The notes under the pieces are model-generated. The model worked only from the letters and a program-made list of their open reading frames with translations, was not told where the DNA came from and did not search any database. Positions 22,340 to 33,336 of a DNA stretch of 64,000 bases are shown one piece after another. Numbering within the stretch: the first letter of the stretch is position 1; each line of letters begins with the position of its first letter. This stretch comes from Anolis carolinensis. Its lineage: Eukaryota. The stretch is from NCBI RefSeq assembly GCF_035594765.1, contig NC_085841.1, positions 18,893,636 through 18,957,635 on the forward strand, written 5' to 3'. The translations under genes were made by a program, and so were the position numbers.

Positions 22340-23470
22340 AGGGAGGAGATAGCAAAAGCAGTTATAAGGCAAAGTCTGACCAAATAATATAAGTAGGACT
22401 TCAGATACAGCTCAGAAATAAAGTTAGAATCCAAGTTTATGCTCCAGAATGGGTTCCCATTGGCAAGGAGGTCAGACAAGGCTGTATTTTATCACCCTGC
22501 CTCTTTAATTTATATGCAGACTATATCCTACGCAAAGTGAAATTAGACTTGGATGAAAAAGGTATGAAAACTGGAGGAAGGAAAACTGACAGTTCTAAGC
22601 TTATGACTATAGCTTCTTGCTTGCAGTTTCCACACTTGTTAGTTTCTCTGACAGTTACTGTATGGATAAATTGACAGGCTGAATGGTCTCTGCAATATCT
22701 TTTTTTAGCTCCTTTTCTCATATGAGTGAGAAGTTCCCGTGTAAGAGATCTCTTTCAAAGGAGGTTCAGATGCCATTTTATTTTTCATTTTGTTCGAGTT
22801 GATTTTTTTTTGCTCTTTGAAAGCTTCGGAATGTGGTATTATTGTTAATTTTAGTGGGCTGGAGAGGGAGAAAACAGTACGCATCCATATTTGATCTTAG
22901 CAAGCCATATCCCTCAAATCTACAGTTTAAGATATGCAGGCAATACCCTACTATCAACAGAAAATAGCAATTGCTTTGAATAATTATCGAGGAAAGTAAA
23001 GGAAGAATGATCCGAAGTGTGATTAAAATTTAGTAGTAAGAAAGTAAAAATAGTGCTCACAGATGGTTTACATGACATTGAAATAGTCAAAGACTTCCTC
23101 TACTTCGGCTCAGTCATGAATAATTCATGTATAGTATTCTTTACTTCGATGTATGGTTGTGAAAGCTGCACTGTGGAAAAAGCTGATAAGAAGAAAACCA
23201 TGTTCCAGCAAAAGGACAAATAAATGGGTCTTGGAGCAAATCAAGCTCAAGCTCTTCATGAGAGCTAAAATGACTAAATTGGGCCTATCATGCTTTGGCG
23301 ATATGGCAAAAACTCGGCAGGTAGTAGAAGGTAGTACAAAAAAAGTATGGGTTGAAAGATCAAGAAAGCCACAGCCCTGAGTTTTCAGGAATTGAGCTGG
23401 GTTATGGATGATAAAATTGCCTTTAAAATCTCTCATTCATAGCATTACTATAAATCAGAGATTACTTGAT
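22340..23470 (+). mobile_element. Old RTE/Bov-B-like LINE remnants (interrupted at ~22600-22920)
   Basis: VRQGCILSP.LFNLYA-like RT motif at ~22470; WVLEQIK...AKMTKLGLSCFG. Confidence 0.6.
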
Positions 23471-23566
23471 GACCATTAATTTAAGTTCCAACCAGAGCAG
23501 ACCCATTAAATCAAAGGTTGAGTGGTATGTCAACATATAGGTAAAATCCAATAGATTCAATTGAGT

Positions 23567-23714
23567 TGTTGAAGGCTTGGCTTTCATGGCCGGTATCACA
23601 AGGTTGTTGTATGTTTTCCGGGCTATATGGCCATGTTCCAGAAGTATTCTCTCCTGACGTTTTGCCCACATCTATGGCAGGCATCCTCAGAGGTTGTGAG
23701 GTATGGAGAAACTG
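23567..23714 (-). mobile_element. Penelope terminal repeat fragment
   Basis: Same repeat as 19440-20040; hammerhead GAAA changed to AAAA. Confidence 0.85.
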
Positions 23715-24149
23715 ACCACAAGGTTTGGGAAACAGTCTTTTTGGCCATACAAGAACCCGGGGCGTTGAATTTTAATTGAATTTTGGCATGTACTATGCTA
23801 CTTCTGTTTCAAATTATTTTTAAAATGTAAACTAGAAGAGAGAAACTACTTTGGATTATAAAGTTTCAAATTTATAACAACTTTAACATCGGTTATAATA
23901 ATGATACTTGATATGAGGAAGCATACACAGTATGCTGTTTTAACCATTCAGTTACTGTATTTTGAAAGATAATTCGAATACACACCCCTCGTGACACGTC
24001 TACTGCACATCACAACAACGGTAGTTGCATGAAGCATTAGATGTGAGTTTTTAAAGTCAGGCTAATAATATGGATTCAAGTGGCAATTGTACAGTTGTAA
24101 CAGAGAGCTGAACAAGCCATTTCAACACATTAACTTAAATGTATTAAGT

Positions 24150-24284
24150 CAGTGGTTCTCAACCTGTGGGTCCCCAGATGTTTTGACCTTCAACTCCCAT
24201 AAATCCTAACAGCTGGTAAACTGGCAGGAATTTCTGAGAGTTGTAGGCCAAAACACCTGGGGACTCACAGGTTGAAAACCATTG
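24150..24284. mobile_element. hAT MITE family B
   Basis: CAGTGGTTCTCAACC TIR; degenerate 8-bp TSD. Confidence 0.88.
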
Positions 24285-24656
24285 TATTAGATAAATACGT
24301 ATTAATGCACTTTGCAAATTAGTGTATTGCCACGCAGTCCTATGTTATAGATATTTTAGGATGAAACAATATATGATGGGCAAGATATCTATGCCTTTCA
24401 TAAGGCTGATCCAAGCACATGTAAAACATGTGGTGGGGGTGGAAGTAATGAGATGTGAGATTACAAAGGTTGTGTATGGCTAGCACCTTATCCTCTACAT
24501 TTCTTTTCTAATATTTTTTGGGCCCAGGGCTTATTTATCCACCTGGAAACCAACTAGAGGAAAATGATCTTGAGGGATGAATTGGAGAGACTACCATCAC
24601 ATTGAGAGGAAGCATTTGGGCACCACATTTTTTTAGTTGGCTTCAATCAATGTTAG

Positions 24657-24844
24657 TTTTTTTGTGTGTGTGTCAGGAGCAACTTGAGTTGCTTCTGGAG
24701 TGAGAATTGGCTGTCTGCAAGGACGTTGCCCAGGGGACACCCGGATGTTTTTACCATCCTTGTGGGAGGCTTCTCTCATGTCCCCACATGGAGCTGGAGC
24801 TGATAGAGGGAGCTCATCCACGCTCTCCCCGGGTGGGATTCAAA
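24657..24844 (-). mobile_element. tRNA-derived SINE with Vingi-like tail (5' truncated)
   Basis: Same family as 55206, 58718 and 59577. Confidence 0.8.
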
Positions 24845-25029
24845 GCTGGCAGTTAGGTGGTCAGTACAGAGGGGCTTACAGTCAGGAGCAAACTGTGCAG
24901 AAGGGATCCAGCGAAGCAGTTGCTCTCTACGGTTCAGGAGGACAGCAGCAGTGAAGAGGCTCAAACAGGAAACCAGCAACAAGGGGTACCGCATGCCAAA
25001 GAAGGAGCCAAAGTAACCACTAACTACAA

Positions 25030-25460
25030 CAAGAAGCAAATAAAGGTGCTGGTGGTTGGAGACTCATTCTTCAGGGATGTAGAGGTACTTGAATGCTAGC
25101 CTTACACTTTCAATCAGCAAATATGTTGAATTCCTGGAATGTCACTGACAATTTGCCCAAACTCTGTAAATGTCTCAAAGACTGTCACAGAGAAGAGGGG
25201 GAGACCTGCTCTCTGCTGCCCCAAAAGACAGGACCAGGTGTAAGGTTGAGAACAGTAGATTTCGATTGAATGTTAGAAGGAACTTCTTGACAACAAAAGC
25301 AGTTTGTCAATGGAACCAAATGACTAGAGAGCTGATGGGGGTCTTCTTATCTGATTGTCTTCAAAAAGAGTCTGGAAAGCTACTTGCTGGGAATGCTTTA
25401 TCTGGAGTCACTGCATTGAGCTCCAGGTTGGTCTCAATGGCCCATGAGGCCCTTTCACTC
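25030..25460 (+). mobile_element. Old CR1 remnants (ORF1 esterase-like motif and 3' end)
   Basis: VLVVGDSFFRDVE; RFRLNVRRNFLT...WN. Confidence 0.6.
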
Positions 25461-25620
25461 TTACATCTCATATCTGACAAAATAATTTGTTTCAATCTGC
25501 TAAAGCCTCACTGCACACTAGGAGATGGGTCTTCTTAAATACATTACACTTCTTGTTATGCCTCTTTGAATCATGGTGATTACAACATTATTTGTTGTTG
25601 TGTGTCTTCATGTCATTATA

Positions 25621-25908
25621 AAAGTAAAGGTTTTCTCTGATGTTAAGTCTAGTCATATCCAACTCTGGGGGGTTTAGAATCTCCATTTCTAAACCAAAGA
25701 GCTGACGTTGTCTGTAGACACCTCCAAGATCATGTGGCCGGCATGACTGCATGGAGCGCCGTTACCTTCCTGCAGGAGCAGTACCTATTGATTTACTCAC
25801 TTTTGCATGTTTTCGAACTGCTACGTTGGCAGAAGCTGGAGATGCCAACCTTACGGCCAGCAAGTTCAGCAGCTCAGCGGTTTAACCCACTGCACTATCG
25901 AGGGCTCC
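25621..25908 (-). mobile_element. Sauria SINE (internal deletion)
   Basis: Parallels 17482-17809. Confidence 0.85.
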
Positions 25909-25941
25909 ATCATGTCATTATATTGAGCCATGAATATATGA

Positions 25942-26422
25942 GGCCGGGCTGTGGCACAGGCTGGTTAGCAGCCAGCGGCAATATATCACTCTGACCAAAG
26001 AGCTCATGAGTTTGAGGCCAGCCTGTGTCGGGATGAGCACCTGACAATTAAAAATAAAATATAGCCCCTGCTCGTTGCTGACCTAAGCAACCCAAAAGAT
26101 AGTTGCATCTATCAAGTAGGAAATTTAGGTACCACTTATATGTGGGGAGGCTAATTTACAACACCATAAAAATCATCTAGCTGCCGTTGGAATGAGGAAG
26201 TTGCCGTCGTAGTGGATGATGAAGCAGCTGCTCCCCCTGTGGCCGGAATCAAGCATACCCTCAGGAAGCTGGAAGCTGGAGGAAGTTTAAATTGCTCTGC
26301 CTCTGTTTTATGTTATATGGCACTGAATGTTTGCCTGATATGTGTACAATGTGATCCGCCCTGAGTCCCCTTCGGGGTGAGAAGGACAGAATATAAATAC
26401 TGTAAATAAATAAATAAATAAA
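25942..26422 (+). mobile_element. Anolis SINE2-type element (tRNA head, L2 tail)
   Basis: GGCCGGGCTGTGGC head; CTGAGTCCCCTTCGGGGTGAGAAGG...(TAAA)n tail. Confidence 0.85.
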
Positions 26423-26819
26423 TTGGAAAATTTGGGCAAATTTTGTTCAGCAGAGATTTGCCTTAGTTATTCTGTTTTTATGTCACAATAATTTTCTTTC
26501 CATCTTTCACCCTTGGTGCCTCTTCCCCAAAAGTCAAATTTTCTAATAATGCATTGAAAAGACTTTGCATTGGACTTTGAGGTTAAATCTGGGTTTGCTT
26601 TGTGTTTCCTCTTTCACCATCTCTTCCTCTGTAATCTGGCTTTCAAAACATCTTATATGATGAAAGGATCTTGAAAAATTGCATGCAGTTTTGCACTGAG
26701 GGTGGGGCTGACTTACTACCATTATTACTTCCATGTCCGTGGTTCAGCTAATCAACCATGGAGTTTCATCCAGTTTTTAAAGGAGTTATTCAACTTGCAC
26801 CATATTTCAAATATTCTGA

Positions 26820-26861
26820 ATTGCTGTTGCTGTTGTTGCTGTTGCTATTATTATTATTACT
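26820..26861. repeat. Compound (TGY)n(TAT)n microsatellite
   Basis: Read directly from the sequence. Confidence 0.8.
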
Positions 26862-29234
26862 GTATATCCCACTTTTGCTCTCTTATAAGAGACTCAAGGA
26901 GTATGAACATATTTGCAAGGTGAAAGAAGTCCTAGGTTTAACTCAGGTTGCCTCTGGCTTTTCTGGGTCTGTAGGCAAGAATGCAAATCTCAGGGGAAAT
27001 GGCACAAAAGAAGGAGAAGATTATTCCAAAGTTTGCCTCTCTCTTATTGACTCGTCCTTCTACTCTAAATCATTTATCTCTTTTCTTTCTCATTTTTTTA
27101 AATAGTGGTTTTAACTGAAACACTTCATAATATAGTTCTAAGTTAGAAATTCCCCACCCTAATTGTTCCTGGTGTGTAAAGTATACTTGACAAGGAATTT
27201 GGGAACAAGCCTTAAAAAAACAAGAGGCCCCAGAAAATTGCCATTTAAAATATGGAAAAAATGCCAACCCAAATGGATGCCAGGAACATCAAAATGGACC
27301 CTTCTAGAGAGTCTTTATGGGAAGCAGTTTGATTCTAGCTGGTGGAGAGAAATGAAGATACTTATAGGATTAAAGCACGGCTCCAAAACTACAGGATCAG
27401 GCAGCCCAATCATAGGCATTTAAATTCCTTTTTTCTGGGTTGTGTAGTTATGATAATTGTATTCTGTTTTTTAAGTACAGTCTCAGTGGAGCTGCTAATA
27501 AGAAAGAACAATTTTGAAGGATTTCTAGTTTAATGCTTTGTTGTTGTTTCAGAGTTATGACAACTGTAATGTAGCCCCATCACAGGTAAGATCAGGGCAG
27601 AGCGGGTTGTGTATGTCTTCCTTTGAGGCTGAGAGAGTTTTGCTTCTGTAAGGTCACTGAGTAGGTTTCCTTGGCTGAGCAGGGATTCATAATCTAACAT
27701 CCAAACCATTATACCAACACTTGCTCTGTCAACACATTCCACACATGACTAATAATATACTACATGGGAGGCATCTAAAAAAGTAAGTAAGTACCATAGC
27801 AACTGACACATAAAAAGGAGATAGATGTGTTTAAAAATAGGCTTTAAAACATGTTGACTTAGTATTTAACGTTACGTTATATAAAACAGAATAGAAGCAC
27901 TTTCTGTAGAAGGTGAAGGAGCAGAGCACGTCCTTTGCTCCTAAAATATCCCAGTTTCACCAGCAAGTTTTATGGTGAAAGACAGAAGAGCAAACATCTT
28001 TTCACAGTGTATGATCCCAGTCCAATTCCACCTTATAGCCCAAGGGTGCAAATCCTGTGTGAGTTTCATGCAGTGTGTGAAGTCTATTGTAGCCCTTGAT
28101 TCCCTGCCAATCTCCCCCTCCCAAACTACATGGTCCTCTCCATAGCAGAGGCTGGATGGTCATCTGTCAGGGGTGCTTTTGTTGTCGAAAAGTTGGCCCC
28201 CTCCCAAAAGATCAAGTCAACTTGAGTTCTAAAGTTAATATGATTTTTTAAAACATTATATGAAGTTTCACAATATGCCCCAAAACCCCAAATAACCTAT
28301 CTGCTAATCCTCTAACAAAAAGGATTTCGCGTCATACGCCATCATATATCTCTGGTTTTTTAACTAATAATTTATAGCATTCATAATAAGCCTCTGTTCC
28401 TTTTCCTTTCAAGCCTGGTCTGCATGTTGATTTGATCTGTAAGATTGCAGAGCGCGCCGGGCACCAGACTCTCAGCCTGCTCCTTGGTCGGTGGATGAAT
28501 TTCAGCTTCAAATTCAATTTTGTGTTCCTGCATGGCAGGTGGTTGGACTGGATGCCTTGTGGTCTCTTCCAACACTTTGATTCTATGATTTTTGCTGAGG
28601 AAGAAGCAATATTCCAAGGAAATTAATGAAGGTTTACTACAGGGCAAAATGTGACAGGCACAATGGGCACGCTGTATGTCCCCACAGAGCCGTGCCTCAT
28701 AATTCATAATTTGGGGTCTGATTAATCAATAGCAGAGGCATTAGCTCTCTTTGGCAGAGCAGGCTAAAGACCTTGTGAAACTACAACTCTTATGGATTCC
28801 ATATCATCGAGTCATGGAAGTCGTAGCAGTACCAAAACGTATTAATTCTATAGCAGACACATCCTCAGTCTAGTTTTTAATTGTCTTTGACTCTGCCAAG
28901 ATGTTTTTTTATCTTCCTTATTGCCATGGTTCTTTGTAGCTTAGTTTATCTCGATGTGGATGGCTGTGATAGGTAAATCTCTGCAATTAGATAACAGTCA
29001 TTCTAACTTTTCTTTAAAAAATAGTTTTTACTGAATTTCAAATAGGGGGTAATATTTAAAAGACAAGGGAGGTATAAGGGAGACCATAGGATCAGTTGAA
29101 GAGGGAACAGAAGGGAATGCGGAATAGGTAGGGAAAAAAAGGGGAAAGGGATAATTATTCTGACTTTTCGAAACTGTAATGCTTGCTTTTCCTTGCATAC
29201 TAGAAAACAGTTTGATTCAAGTATTTTCAAATAC

Positions 29235-29714
29235 ATTTATTTATTTACAGTATTTATATTCTGCCCTTCTCACCCCAAAGGGGACTCAGGGCGGATCACA
29301 ATGTACACATACAAGGCAAACATTCAATGCCATATGAACATAGAGACAGAGACAGACACAGAGGCAATTTAACCTTCTCCAGCTTTCAGCTTCCTGAGGG
29401 TATGCTCGATTCCGGCCACAGGGGAAGCAGCTGCATCATCAACTGTGATGCTGACTTCCTCATTCCAAATGTTGCTGGATGATTTTTATGGTGTCGTAAA
29501 TTAGTTAAATTAGCCTCCCCACTTATAAGTGGTACCTAAATTTCCTACTTGATAGATGCAACTATCTTTCGGGTTGCTTAGGTCAACAATGAGCAGGGCT
29601 ATTTTTTATTTTAATGGTCGGGTGCTCACTCCGCCATGGGCTGGCCTCGAACTCATGACATTTTGGTCGTAGTGATTTATTGCAGTTGGCTACTAACCAG
29701 CCTGTGCCACAGCC
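29235..29714 (-). mobile_element. Anolis SINE2-type element
   Basis: Reverse copy of the 25942/34426 family. Confidence 0.85.
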
Positions 29715-29855
29715 TTGATCCAGGTAATTGTTATGAACAAATCTTGATGTGGTGCGCATTACCTGTTCAATAACCTGTTCTGTGAATGAAGAATCATAAA
29801 AACAAAACAAAACAAAACCCAATGCTACCTGTGCATTCTACATTGAAAAAACATT

Positions 29856-30040
29856 GATCCTGTCTGATCTTGAAAGCAAAGCAAGGCAAGGCCTGATTAA
29901 TATTTGGATGGGAGGCCATCTGTAAACACCAAGTCTGGTAGACTATATTTCAGATAATCGAACTGGCAAAACCAACAGTAAGAATTGATCAACTAAGAAA
30001 ATCGTATGAAATTGCCATAAGTTGACAGGAGACTTGAAGG
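29856..30040 (+). mobile_element. 5S-derived SINE (5S-Sauria type)
   Basis: 5S-like head GATCCTGTCTGATCTTGAAAGC...TTGGATGGGAG, then Bov-B-like tail GACTTGAAGG. Confidence 0.6.
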
Positions 30041-30614
30041 TATATATATATATGTACACACACATACATTTTAACAGAATTTAGACTGATGAGATCTGTT
30101 TTGGGTTGTTTTAAACAGAGTGGAGCCTCCTTATCTGGAGGTTCTTAAGCAGAGGCTGGATGGCCATCTTTCCAGTGTGCTTTGATTGTGTATTCCTTCA
30201 TGGCAGAATGGGTTGGACTGGATGGCCCTTGGTGGTCTCTTCCAACTCTATGATTCCATAATAGACGGAGTCTTGCACCGATCAGAGCTAAATCCAAAAA
30301 ACAATTATAATTTAAAGATTATGTGACGAGAAATTTTACTATCAAGTCTGAACAAAGCCCATTTGACTTTCCTACAAACAAAATCCATCCTATGGATATT
30401 GCAGTTTTCTTCTTGTTTGCTGCATACTTTAGCATGTGTAGGTGTGATGTTGTCATCGCTGTTTTTAGACAAATGTGTCCTGCATCACTGTCAATCCGAT
30501 CCCTAGAAGTGCTCAGTATCTGGAGAGTCTTTTTCACACCTCAACTAACACACTTAAAGCTTGGAAATATTAGTTTTCAGGGATGACAGGAGAAGGAGGA
30601 GGGTCTAGGATAGT

Positions 30615-30744
30615 CATGGGCAAACTTGGGCCCTCCAGGTGTTTTGGACTTCAACTCCCACAATTCCTAACAGCCTACCGGCTGTTAGGAATTGTGGGAA
30701 TTGAAGTCCAAAACACCTGGAGGGCCTAGGTTTACCCATGCCTG
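30615..30744. mobile_element. Palindromic MITE family A (short centre)
   Basis: CATGGGCAAAC...GTTTACCCATGCCTG. Confidence 0.88.
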
Positions 30745-30939
30745 ATCCCACCCCATTTATATGATCAATCTGAAATGCTATTCCAAATTTCAGATGTATA
30801 TATAGAATTCCCAAGGTGTGGGTGGTTGCAATAGGATTGCAGAGTGAAAGTAAACAAAACATATTTTCCTACCTGCTCCCCATCTGATTCCCAATTTGCA
30901 GGGAAAGACTACTGATTTCTAGGCATACAACTAGATTTG

Positions 30940-31133
30940 ACTAAACTACAAGTTCCAGCATGCAATTCTCCAGCAATCTCGCGATGCCACTGGTCCTGTT
31001 TTATTTTGTTCCTGCAATATTTGTGTAACAGTTTCCTACTTGGATTGCTGCCTGGGAGCCTCGTAAACTGCAGAGCCCTGCATTGATTGTTGCTGTAAAT
31101 AAAAGCTGCAATTCCATTTGCATTTACTAAAGA
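30940..31133 (+). promoter_or_regulatory. Candidate GALM promoter and non-coding first exon
   Basis: ZNF143/THAP11-like ACTACAAGTTCCAGCATGCA (30945-64); TCTCGCGA (30977-84); donor AGA|gtaagt at 31134. Confidence 0.45.
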
Positions 31134-31211
31134 GTAAGTACACAGAATGAAGAGGAACTTGTTTCAAGTCCTCTTGAACTGAGCAGCAGTTTTGTTGCTG
31201 TGGGCTCTTAA

Positions 31212-31430
31212 GGGTGCACCTGTCTGCACTGTGGAATTGATGCAGTTTGACACCACTTTAACTTCCATGGCTCAATGCTATGGGGGTTGTAGTTTTAACA
31301 AGGAGTGTAGCCTTTTCTGTTCAAGAGTACAAATGTCTCCCCAAACTACAACTCCCAGGATTCCATCGAATTGAGCCGTGTAAGTTAAAGTGGTGTCAAA
31401 CTTCATGAATTCTGCAATGTAGATGCGCCC
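31212..31430. mobile_element. PIF/Harbinger-like MITE
   Basis: GGGTGCA...TGTAGATGCGCCC with long internal inverted repeats; related copy at ~31560-32100. Confidence 0.7.
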
Positions 31431-31754
31431 AGAGTTGTTCCAAATCTATAAGTAATCTATCACAGAGTTTTCTTTACAAGACTTGCTCAAAAAGGGTTTG
31501 CCGTTTCATTCTTTTGAGGCTGAGAGCGTTCAACCATAGTATGTTTAATGGCCCAAATCTTGCAACTACATTGTAGTATTGATGCAGTTTGACACCACTT
31601 CAATTGACATGGTGCAAGGCTGTGCAATTGTGGGAGTTGTAGTTTTACAAAGTCCTTAGCCGTCTCTGCCAAAGCATCAAACTGCAGCTCCCCAGATTCC
31701 ATATCATTGAGCCATGACAGTTAAAGTGATGTCAGACTATTAATTCTTTAATTA

Positions 31755-32073
31755 CAGTAGAGTCGCACTTATCCAACCCTCGCTTATCCAATGTTCTGGA
31801 TTATCCAACACATTTTTGTAGTCAATGTTTTCAATATATCGTGATATTTTGGTGCTAAATTTGTAAATACAGTACTACAAAACATTACTGCGCATTGAAC
31901 TACTTTTTCTGTCAAATTTGTTGTATAACATGATGTTTTGGTGCTGAATTTGTAAAATCATAACCCAATTTGATGTTTAATTGGCTTTTTCTTAATGCCT
32001 CCTTATTATCTAACATATTCACTTATCCAACGTTCTGCCGGCCCATTTATGTTGGATAAGTGAGACTCTACTG
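31755..32073. mobile_element. Tc1/mariner MITE T1, nested in a Harbinger-like MITE
   Basis: TIR CAGTAGAGTC(G/T)CACTTATCCAAC; TA TSD. Confidence 0.9.
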
Positions 32074-32154
32074 TAATTAATTATTAATGTAGACGTGCCT
32101 TTAGGAGACAAGTCTGTTTGTTGCAGAGATTTGTTTCTTAATAAACACCCCTTT

Positions 32155-32912
32155 GGGTTGCTGTGAGTTTTCCAGGCTGTATGGCCATGTTCCAGAAGCA
32201 TTCTCTCCTGACATTTCACCCACATCTATGGCAAGCATCCTCAGAGGTTGTAACTAGGCAAGTGGGGTTTATATATCTGTGGAATGTCCAGGGTGGGAGA
32301 AAGAACTCTTGTCTGCTTGAGGCAAGTGTGAATGTTGCAATTGGCCACCTTGATTAGCATTGAATGGCCTTGCAGCTTCAAAGCCTGGCTGCTTCCTACC
32401 TGGGGGAATCCTTTGTTGGGTGGTGTTAGCTGATCCTGATTGTTTTCTGTCTGAAATTCCCCTTTCTTCTGAATGTTGTTCTTTGTTTACTGTCCTGATT
32501 TTAGAGTTTTTAAATACTGGTAGCAAGATTTTGTTCATTTTCATGGTTTCCTCCTTTCTGTCGAAATTGTCCACATGCTTGTGGACTTCAATGGTTTCTC
32601 TGTGTCATCTGACATGGTGGTTGTTAGAGTGGTCCAGCATTTCTGTGTTCTCAAATAATATGCTGTGTCCAAGTTGGTTCACCAAGTGCTCTGCTGTGGC
32701 GGACTTCTCTGGTTGACTTAGTCTGCAGTGCCTTTCATGTTCCTTGATTCGTGTCTGGGCAATGCTGCTGTGTTTGGTGGTCCCTATGTAGACTTGTCCA
32801 CAGCTGCATGGTATACGGATATCTCTTGTCCTTAGCTGAACACAGCATTTGTTGGATTTTCTTAGTGGGTCTGTAGCTAGTTTGTGCGTTGTGTTTCTTC
32901 ATCAGCTTCTTC
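32155..32912 (-). mobile_element. Penelope-like element 3' part (degenerate GIY-YIG endonuclease plus terminal repeat)
   Basis: PCSCGQVYIGTT...TRIKEH...EMLDHSNN...DNFDRKEE; hammerhead motif at 32207-32247. Confidence 0.9.
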
Positions 32913-33146
32913 AACACCCCTTTATTCTAGTGATTAAATCCTGATGATATGAAGACAGGTTTTGCCACACAACTGCTTCTCCCACATCAATCGCCTGCCA
33001 GGTGACATATTCTTCACCTGTTGCCAACATCCTTAAAGCCAAAGTCCTACTTTTCCTTAAGTAATCTCTGGACTTACTTAATTATTAACCTCTCTTTTTC
33101 TGTTTTTCTTTCCCATAGGCCAGCTTCTGCTTTTAAAGGGGAAGCA

Positions 33147-33336
33147 ATGACAGAAGTAAAGAGAGAGAGTTTCGGGGAATGTCGTGATGGCAGAGGGACC
33201 GTGGAAAAATTCCTGCTCAAGTCAGACGCGGTTAAAGTGGAAATCATCTCTTTAGGCTGCATAATCACTGCCTTGGAAACCAAAGACAGGGATGGCAAAT
33301 TTGCAGACATTGTTCTGGGCTTTGACCACCTGGAAG
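33147..33336 (+). CDS. GALM: GALM coding exon 1 (exon begins at acceptor 33119)
   Basis: [10 protein letters not shown]...[10 protein letters not shown]; G|gtaggt. Confidence 0.93.

Larger units (their letters stand above)
18578..26581 (+). pseudogene. Decayed multi-exon gene of unrecognised family (candidate unitary pseudogene)
   Basis: Phase-compatible exon relics at 18578-18647, 18778-18851, 18963-18985+20054-20158, 21210-21360, 22037-22149, 23836-23929, 23998-24042, 24351-24420, 24528-24635, 25506-25554, 26489-26581. About 10 in-frame stops and several decayed splice sites. Confidence 0.6.

Noticed and set aside
22709-22740. 32-nt AG..GT segment phase-compatible with the pseudogene chain
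   Set aside because: It lies in a block that interrupts an RTE remnant, and the chain closes without it (22149 to 23836).
29856-29945. 5S rRNA gene
   Set aside because: Truncated, diverged and fused to a SINE tail.
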